Source: an uncultured Planctomycetales bacterium (lineage in GTDB: Bacteria; Omnitrophota; Gorgyraeia; Zapsychrales; JANLHA01). Taken from it: 64,000 nucleotides of DNA. The notes beneath the pieces are model-generated. The model was not told where the DNA came from. It did no database searches and was given only the letters and a program-made list of their open reading frames with translations. The position numbers and the translations under genes were made by a program. The DNA lies in the NCBI GenBank assembly GCA_964474085.1, contig CAYYRJ010000013.1, positions 797 to 64,796 of the forward strand, given 5' to 3'. Positions 58,325 to 64,000 of the stretch are shown here, one piece after another (position 1 is the first letter of the stretch; each line of letters starts with the position of its first letter).

Positions 58325-59365
58325 ATGCCTACCAAATCAAAACAATCCATTATTAAATCTGTAGACATTAGCAGTTATTCGTCGCTGGTTAAGCTGGTGC
58401 GGGAAGAATTTGCGAGTTTGGAATTTTTTGTCAAAAGCCGAACGGTACAGGGATATTGGCAGGTCGGAAAGTTCGTTCACGACCATCTTTTGCACCACCA
58501 AGAACGCGCAGAATACGGCAATCAACTCTTTGAGCGGCTGGGAAAAGATTCGGGAAGAGATTCAAGTACTTTGCAAAAAATGTTGAGGTTTTATCGGACG
58601 TATCCAATTCTGGCAACGTTGCCAGAATTGACGTGGAGTCATTTTTTGGCTTTAATGGCTGTTAAAGATAAAGGGGAAAGAATTCGGCTTGAAAAAGAAA
58701 TTATTCAAAAAGAGTGGGATGTCCGTAAGCTCCAGAAATATTTGAATATTAAACGCAAATTGGTTCCTGCCGGTGCGAATTCGTCTGTCCCGCAATTAAA
58801 GTTTACCCGTGGCAGGCCGCATATTTACCAGATTATAAAAGCGGTCCCGCCGCTTTTGGCCCAGCATCCCTTGGTTTTGGATTTGGGCTTTCGTTTACAA
58901 GATACAATTCCCGCCAATGAGCTGGGTTTAAAAGAGCAGGACTTTGTGGAACTTATTATTAAGGGAAATAAAATCGTCGGTGTAGGAACGACCCAAGTCG
59001 AAAAGGACGAACTATTCACTTACGCGGCGAGCGTCCAAAAAGTTGTCGACGGGGATACCTTGATTGCGACGCTGGATTTTAAAAGCACTTTTAGCATTAG
59101 TCAAAAAATGCGTCTGCGCGGGATTGATTGCCCGGAGCTCGACACTGAGGAAGGCCAGAAGGCCAAACGTTTTGTCGAAGATCGCCTGAAGAATTGTGAT
59201 TTTATTATTGTGAAAACTTACAAAGACCGCACCGACCGTTTTGACCGGTATTTGGCGGACATTTTTTATTGGCCCGGCGAAGCTGATGAAAACAAAGTTG
59301 CCCGTCAGGGGAAATATCTTAATCAGGAGCTTTTGGACGAACGTCTGGCGGTGGTGTACGTGTGA
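58325..59365 (+). CDS. fusion protein: YhcG/DUF1016-type N-terminal domain plus C-terminal staphylococcal-nuclease (SNase/thermonuclease)-like domain
   Basis: The N-terminus resembles the DUF1016 N-domain (YWQVGKFV..., TLPELTWSHFLALMAV). The C-terminus resembles SNase (DGDTLIATLD...MRLRGIDCPE...ERLAVVY). Flanked by REPs. Confidence 0.6.
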   Translation: MPTKSKQSIIKSVDISSYSSLVKLVREEFASLEFFVKSRTVQGYWQVGKFVHDHLLHHQERAEYGNQLFERLGKDSGRDSSTLQKMLRFYRTYPILATLPELTWSHFLALMAVKDKGERIRLEKEIIQKEWDVRKLQKYLNIKRKLVPAGANSSVPQLKFTRGRPHIYQIIKAVPPLLAQHPLVLDLGFRLQDTIPANELGLKEQDFVELIIKGNKIVGVGTTQVEKDELFTYAASVQKVVDGDTLIATLDFKSTFSISQKMRLRGIDCPELDTEEGQKAKRFVEDRLKNCDFIIVKTYKDRTDRFDRYLADIFYWPGEADENKVARQGKYLNQELLDERLAVVYV

Positions 59366-59370
59366 TTTTT

Positions 59371-59395
59371 GGGACGTATTGCCATACGCCCTTAC
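59371..59395. repeat. REP element variant
   Basis: gggacgtattgccatacgcccttac followed by the conserved tail acaaatg. Confidence 0.7.
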
Positions 59396-59544
59396 AAATG
59401 TATTTCGTTGACCATTTCAAACCTTTGGAAAGAATTTTCTTCCCAAAATCTGTTTGCCCCCATCGTTGCCCAGTGATAATATTTACCAGCCCCTTTAAGA
59501 ATTCCCCAATTAAAAATTCTACCCCTCTGTTTTCAGGAGGAGTT

Positions 59545-60063
59545 ATGTCAAAGATTATCATCCCGTTAGAGCGTATCGAAAAGAAGATCTATTTGATTCG
59601 AGGACACAAAGTCATGTTCGATTTTGATTTGGCGGAACTTTACGAAGTGCCAACCAAGCGTCTTAAAGAGCAGGTTAAACGTAATATCGGTAGATTTCCG
59701 GATGATTTTATGTTTCAATTGACCCTTGAGGAAGTCAAAATCTTGAGGCCGCAAATTGCGACCTCAAGTTGGGGCGGTTCACGTTATTTGCCATATGTTT
59801 TTACTGAACAAGGGACGGCCATGTTATCGAGCGTATTAAGCAGTCAACGGGCTATCGCTGTTAACATTGCTATAATCCGTGCGTTCGTTAAACTGCGGGA
59901 AATGATGGCGACCCATCATGATCTTGCAAAAAAGATCAATGACCTTGAAAGACAGTACAAAGATCACGATCAAAAGATTGTTATGATTTACGAAGCGATA
60001 CGTAATCTCATGACTCCGGCGCAGGAGCCAGCTAAGCGTAAAATTGGATTTCATGCGGATTAA
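59545..60063 (+). CDS. ORF6N-domain DNA-binding protein (mobile-element associated), copy 1
   Basis: IRGHKVMFDFDLAELYEVPTKRLKEQVKRNIGRFPDDFMFQLT matches the ORF6N pattern. GGAGG RBS. Confidence 0.7.
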   Translation: MSKIIIPLERIEKKIYLIRGHKVMFDFDLAELYEVPTKRLKEQVKRNIGRFPDDFMFQLTLEEVKILRPQIATSSWGGSRYLPYVFTEQGTAMLSSVLSSQRAIAVNIAIIRAFVKLREMMATHHDLAKKINDLERQYKDHDQKIVMIYEAIRNLMTPAQEPAKRKIGFHAD

Positions 60064-60067
60064 AAAA

Positions 60068-60094
60068 CAGGGGCGTAGGAGAATACGCCCCTAG
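60068..60094. repeat. REP-like palindrome (ggagaa-loop variant)
   Basis: caggggcgtaggagaatacgcccctag. 9-bp stem. Identical copy at 63218. Confidence 0.7.
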
Positions 60095-60180
60095 ATAACA
60101 CGAAAGAAATTTTCTTATAGAATATTATATTAATTAATCCGTACGGCTATCCCCACCGTCTTTAATCGAAGGGAGATGCC

Positions 60181-60717
60181 ATGCGTGATCTAAAACGAAA
60201 ATCCATTCGGCTAAAAACATTTAACTACTCTCAGGTTGGCGCTTATTACATTACTCTCTGTTCTTTGAATCGCACATGCTTATTTGGTGAAATATGTGAT
60301 GATCAGGTAACATTAAGCCCTTTTGGAAAAATTGTTTTCTATGAATGGTTAAATACACCGATTCTACGACCCAATATTCAATTGGATGAATTTATTGTCA
60401 TGCCGAATCATTCCCATGGGATTATTATAATTAATGAAACCTGTAGGGGCGTATTGCAATACGCCCCTACAAATATGTTTCGTTCACCATTGCAAACCGT
60501 TGGGGCGATTGTACGCGGCTTTAAATCTGCGGTAACAAATAAAATCAACATATTAAGAAAATCGCCAGGTCAACCTGTTTGGCAACGAAATTATTTTGAA
60601 CACATTATTCGCGATGATTCTGATATGGAACGCATTCGGGAATATATTTACAATAATCCAAAGAATTGGGAAACAGATGAAAATAATCAGGAGAGATCAA
60701 TAGGGTCTGCGGATTGA
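60181..60717 (+). CDS. REP-associated tyrosine transposase (RAYT; IS200/IS605-like HuH Y1 transposase), copy 1
   Basis: 178 aa. HuH motif MPNHSHGII. Catalytic Tyr block WQRNYFEHIIRD. Cognate GTAG-headed REP palindromes nearby and inside the gene. Confidence 0.8.
   Translation: MRDLKRKSIRLKTFNYSQVGAYYITLCSLNRTCLFGEICDDQVTLSPFGKIVFYEWLNTPILRPNIQLDEFIVMPNHSHGIIIINETCRGVLQYAPTNMFRSPLQTVGAIVRGFKSAVTNKINILRKSPGQPVWQRNYFEHIIRDDSDMERIREYIYNNPKNWETDENNQERSIGSAD
60443..60470. repeat. REP element (perfect palindrome) embedded in-frame in the RAYT gene
   Basis: gtaggggcgtattgcaatacgcccctac, encoding RGVLQYAPT. Confidence 0.8.
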
Positions 60718-60848
60718 TGGACATCGTAATTTGAATTAATCAAAGTCCTGGTAGGGATTCTCTAAACACATACCGTAACCCGAATTAAAGGTAAAGAAAT
60801 TTGTTGCTGAAAGATAAGGTTTCGGTATGTGGCTGGGGTTTCAAATTA

Positions 60849-60912
60849 CGTCATCCTGAGCGAAGCGAAGGATCTCGGTGGAGATTCTTCGGCCTTCGGC
60901 CTCAGAATGACG
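60849..60912. repeat. MITE-like palindromic element, related family (GTCATCCTGAGCGAAGCGAAGG)
   Basis: cgtcatcctgagc ... gcctcagaatgacg. Internal ggccttcggcc hairpin. Confidence 0.55.
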
Positions 60913-60996
60913 ACCATAAGAAAAAATTTACAAACACTTCATTGAATAACAGTTGAGTAGAATCAATTGATTTTTAACATAGGAGGTGTTGTTTAT

Positions 60997-61872
60997 ATGA
61001 AAAAGTTAATTTTTATTTTTATATTTACCTTTATCTGTTTGCCGGTTTTTGCCGATACGATTACGCTGCCAATTATTGTTGCTCCCCAAGTCGAACAAGG
61101 AGCCATCGATGTCCTTGAGGAAATTGGGCAGGATGCAATTGAAATTCCGTTAAACCCACTGCGCAAGCTGGATGGTTTTAGCCGCGAAGATATTTTTAAT
61201 AGTCGACGTGAAAATGTCAATAAGATATCGGGTTTTGCTCCCCCTAATTATGCACCCAGCATGGACGCTTTCGGTCAAATACAGGATGGTAAACCCTGGT
61301 GGGGCCTTTTGGGCTTAAGTTATTTTGGCCCGGGAATGCAGAGCATTGAAGGCCACTCCAGAGAGTCCCAGTTTATTGACAACCCCTACATCCTCGCCGG
61401 AGTTTGTGAAAAATTTGCCAATATTGTTACGAATAAATCCCTTGCTCCCCAAGAAATTTACGCTAAACCGCTTAAATTAATATGGGGACGTGATAGAAGC
61501 TGGGGACAAATCACTTATAATGTGAGCCAAGCGTATCAATCCGCTGTTTTGTACAGGTACATAGATCCGCAAGAAAATTATTTAGCTGTTATCAATGCGA
61601 GAGATTTTGGGTTTAATTTTTTTGCGATCGACGCTAGTCGGTCTCGAAACATTAGAGCGACTGTAAATAAAATTTTGCCGATTATTCAGTTTATTCACAC
61701 CGGAGGCAGTTGTGGTTATCCCGGTGGGTGTAATAACCGTAGCCCAACTCAGCCAGAATTGAATTTCAAATGGAATATGTTGCCGGCAAGGATTTATCTT
61801 AAGCTTTGGAGAAGCCAGCCGCAGGATTTTTCTCAAAAGGCAGATATGGATTTTGTTATAGATTTAAAATGA
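60997..61872 (+). CDS. secreted hypothetical protein
   Basis: Signal peptide MKKLIFIFIFTFICLPVFA. AGGAGG RBS. No recognisable domain. Confidence 0.5.
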   Translation: MKKLIFIFIFTFICLPVFADTITLPIIVAPQVEQGAIDVLEEIGQDAIEIPLNPLRKLDGFSREDIFNSRRENVNKISGFAPPNYAPSMDAFGQIQDGKPWWGLLGLSYFGPGMQSIEGHSRESQFIDNPYILAGVCEKFANIVTNKSLAPQEIYAKPLKLIWGRDRSWGQITYNVSQAYQSAVLYRYIDPQENYLAVINARDFGFNFFAIDASRSRNIRATVNKILPIIQFIHTGGSCGYPGGCNNRSPTQPELNFKWNMLPARIYLKLWRSQPQDFSQKADMDFVIDLK

Positions 61873-61914
61873 GACTAGGGAAAGTGTTTTAGACTCAGAT
61901 CTGCGGGTGCCTAA

Positions 61915-62007
61915 GTTGACCTTGCCTATAAATTGACCATTGACGATTGGAATAAAAGCCCCGTGCCACAACTAAAGCTCAAAGATATTCGGGAGAGCGG
62001 GGGGTAG
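61915..62007 (+). repeat. diverged direct repeat of the recJ 3' end (duplicate of 58180-58272)
   Basis: 93 nt with about 9 mismatches. It translates in frame to VDLAYKLTIDDWNKSPVPQLKLKDIRESGG*, which differs from the RecJ C-terminus at one residue. Confidence 0.8.
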
Positions 62008-62067
62008 CAGGGTGGGGCAAGGTTGCCGGCGAGGGCATTAAGTTCAATAAAAATAGGAGTGAAAAAT

Positions 62068-62493
62068 ATGGTTGAGAATAAAAAACCATTGATTGGCATT
62101 GGGTTTCTTGTTGCATTTGCGTTTGTGTGGGGAATAATTTCGTACTTTTCAATGGCAATGTTTGTAGGGAGCATGAGTGGGAGATTAGCCCCTGTTGACT
62201 ACGTGCGCCCGTGGACTAGTTATTTTTTGTTCAGTAAAGATTTTCTAATAAATATTTTGATTTGGGTAATAATCGTTTTGCCGTTTATTTCTGGGATCGG
62301 TCTTTTAATCGGAAAGAATTGGGCGCGGATATTGTATATTGCCTGTTGTTCTGCTCAAATGTTTTGGGTTTTATTTAATATTGTCAAGAATTTTTCTGTC
62401 GGTGCTATTCCGTTTATTTTACTTTACGTGTGTATTTTTTCTTTTCCGATTTGGTATTTGAATCGTTCAAAAGTCAAAGAACAATTTAAGTAG
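62068..62493 (+). CDS. small integral membrane protein, hypothetical
   Basis: Four predicted transmembrane segments. Its stop codon lies in the GTAG head of a REP. Confidence 0.45.
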   Translation: MVENKKPLIGIGFLVAFAFVWGIISYFSMAMFVGSMSGRLAPVDYVRPWTSYFLFSKDFLINILIWVIIVLPFISGIGLLIGKNWARILYIACCSAQMFWVLFNIVKNFSVGAIPFILLYVCIFSFPIWYLNRSKVKEQFK

Positions 62494-62517
62494 GGGCGTA
62501 TTGAAATACGCCCTTAC
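62490..62517. repeat. REP element (ttgaaa-centre variant)
   Basis: gtaggggcgtattgaaatacgcccttac. The TAG of the GTAG head is the stop codon of the upstream membrane-protein gene. Confidence 0.7.
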
Positions 62518-62703
62518 TATTAAATCCCCCAACCCCCTTTGTTAAAGGGGGAGCCGCAGGCGGGGGATTTGAATGAAAAGTAGGTGTTTCGATATTTTTG
62601 TGCAAAAATCTATTTGCCCCCATCATTGTCGAGTGATAATATTTACCAGCCCCGTAAGAATTCCCCAATTAAAAATCCTACCCCTCTGCCTTGAGGAGGA
62701 GTT

Positions 62704-63213
62704 ATGTCAAAGATTGTTATTGAACAAGAATGGATTGAACGCAAAATTTATTTTATTCGGGGTAAGAAAGTCATGGTTGATCGTGATTTAGCCGAATTAT
62801 ACGAGGTCCCAACGAAATCATTAAATCTTGCAGTTAGGCGTAATGCAGATCGTTTTCCACAAGATTTCATGTTTCAATTGACAGCACAGGAAGCAGAAAT
62901 CTTGAGGTTTCAATCTGAAACCTCAAGTTGGGGTGGGCAACGATACTTGCCGTATGTTTTTACTCAATAGGGTGTTGCTATGCTTTCGGGTGTCTTAAGG
63001 AGCAAGCGTGCGGTTAATGTCAATATAGAAATTATGCGTGCTTTTGTCCGCTTACGACAAATTTTATCTGTACATAAGGAGTTGGATCGCAAACTTCAAG
63101 ATTTAGAAAAAAAATACGACAATCAGTTTAAAGCTGTCTTTGATGCTATTCGTCAGTTGATGACTCCGGCGCAGGAGCCAGCTAAGCGCAAAATTGGATT
63201 TCATGCGGATTAA
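62704..63213 (+). pseudogene. ORF6N-domain protein, copy 2, interrupted by in-frame TAG at 62971-62973
   Basis: Same frame as copy 1 on both sides of the stop (62704-62970 and 62980-63213). Copy 1 has caaggg where copy 2 has tagggt. Confidence 0.7.
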
Positions 63214-63217
63214 AAAA

Positions 63218-63244
63218 CAGGGGCGTAGGAGAATACGCCCCTAG
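63218..63244. repeat. REP-like palindrome (ggagaa-loop variant)
   Basis: Identical to 60068-60094. Confidence 0.7.
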
Positions 63245-63330
63245 ATAACACGAAAGAAATTTTCTTATAGAATATTATATTAATTAATCCGTACGGCTAT
63301 CCCCACCGTCTTTAATCGAAGGGAGATGCC

Positions 63331-63867
63331 ATGCGTGATCTAAAACGAAAATCCATTCGGCTAAAAACATTTAACTACTCTCAGGTTGGCGCTTATTACA
63401 TTACTCTCTGTTCTTTGAATCGCACATGCTTATTTGGTGAAATATGTGATGATCAGGTAACATTAAGCCCTTTTGGAAAAATTGTTTTCTATGAATGGTT
63501 AAATACACCGATTCTACGACCCAATATTCAATTGGATGAATTTATTGTCATGCCGAATCATTTTCATGGGATTATCATAATTAATGAAACTGGTAGGGGC
63601 GTATTGCAATACGCCCCTACCAAAGCATTCCGTTCACCGTCTCAAACGATTGGATCGATTGTGCGTGGGTTTAAAGGTGCGGTAACAAATAAAATTAATA
63701 CGTTGAGAAAATCGCCAGGTCAACCTATTTGGCAACGAAATTATTTTGAACACATTATTCGTGATGATTTTGACATGGAACGCATTCGGGAATATATTTG
63801 CAATAATCCAAAGAATTGGGAAACAGATGAAAATAATCAGGAGAGATCAATAGGGTCTGCGGATTGA
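63331..63867 (+). CDS. REP-associated tyrosine transposase (RAYT), copy 2
   Basis: 178 aa, about 93% identical to copy 1. HuH motif MPNHFHGII. WQRNYFEHIIRD block. Internal REP. Confidence 0.8.
   Translation: MRDLKRKSIRLKTFNYSQVGAYYITLCSLNRTCLFGEICDDQVTLSPFGKIVFYEWLNTPILRPNIQLDEFIVMPNHFHGIIIINETGRGVLQYAPTKAFRSPSQTIGSIVRGFKGAVTNKINTLRKSPGQPIWQRNYFEHIIRDDFDMERIREYICNNPKNWETDENNQERSIGSAD
63593..63620. repeat. REP element embedded in-frame in RAYT copy 2
   Basis: gtaggggcgtattgcaatacgcccctac. Confidence 0.8.
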
Positions 63868-63941
63868 TGGACATCGTAATTTGAATTAATCAAAGTCCTG
63901 GTAGGGATTCTTTAAACACATACCGTAACCCGAATTAACTC

Positions 63942-63968
63942 GTAGGGACGTATGGCCTACGCCCTTAC
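63942..63968. repeat. REP element variant
   Basis: gtagggacgtatggcctacgcccttac followed by acaaatg. Confidence 0.6.
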
Positions 63969-64000
63969 AAATGTTTTTTTACAAACAAAAAAGCCTGTGC

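Larger units (their letters stand above)
59400..60790 (+). mobile_element. ORF6N-REP-RAYT module, copy 1 (promoter region through conserved 3' tail)
   Basis: The whole unit is repeated at 62560-63940 with roughly 85-95% nucleotide identity. Unit order: shared promoter-like leader, ORF6N gene, REP, RAYT gene, shared tail. Confidence 0.7.
62560..63940 (+). mobile_element. ORF6N-REP-RAYT module, copy 2 (ORF6N gene disrupted)
   Basis: Tandem paralogue of 59400-60790. Confidence 0.7.

Noticed and set aside
58288-63968. Possibility that the regularly spaced 28-nt palindromes form a CRISPR array
   Set aside because: The repeats are palindromic and GTAG-headed, and their spacing is irregular. What lies between them is whole genes, not 30-40-nt spacers. 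There are no cas genes. They are REP elements.

Overview
The window is a 64-kb bacterial chromosomal segment in which every gene I can support lies on the + strand. About 50 of them are housekeeping genes. The order is: class-V aminotransferase (partial), serA, purA, an OmpA-like lipoprotein, uppS-cdsA-dxr-rseP, an orphan CpaF-like ATPase, proS-rimP-nusA-infB, trpS, scpA, ruvB, a SpoIID-like protein, queA, tgt, trmD, rplS, rnhB, yraN, fchA-folD, polA, glgA, coaE, rho, rpmE, prfA-prmC and murA. After murA comes a tryptophan operon, trpG-trpD-trpC-trpF...trpB-trpA, followed by an M16 peptidase, rsfS, argS and recJ.

Two accessory regions stand out. First, a ~9.9-kb insertion (40.6-50.5 kb) splits the trp operon between trpF and trpB. 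It encodes two giant paralogous secreted proteins of 926 and 1385 aa, a zinc-ribbon protein, an M20 peptidase and a small secreted protein. Second, the region after recJ (58.3-64 kb) is flanked by a diverged direct repeat of the recJ 3' end. It carries a fusion protein with a YhcG/DUF1016-like N-terminal domain and a staphylococcal-nuclease-like C-terminus. It also carries two tandem copies of a module made of an ORF6N DNA-binding gene and a REP-associated tyrosine transposase gene (RAYT: HuH motif plus WQRNYFEHIIRD). At least ten GTAG-headed palindromic REP elements (GTAGGGGCGTATTGCAATACGCCCCTAC and variants) occur in the window. Three of them sit in-frame inside coding sequences.

There are further repeat families. 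One is a heptad minisatellite (YTRGACG) that starts at gene stop codons; at two sites it follows a G-quadruplex-type GGGGTTAGGGG tract. There are also several MITE-like GC-rich palindromic elements (cores GTCATTGCGAGCGAAGC...CTCGCAATGAC). A candidate ~270-nt structured RNA with its own promoter and an intrinsic terminator lies inside the trp-operon insertion.

I found no rRNA, tRNA or CRISPR array.
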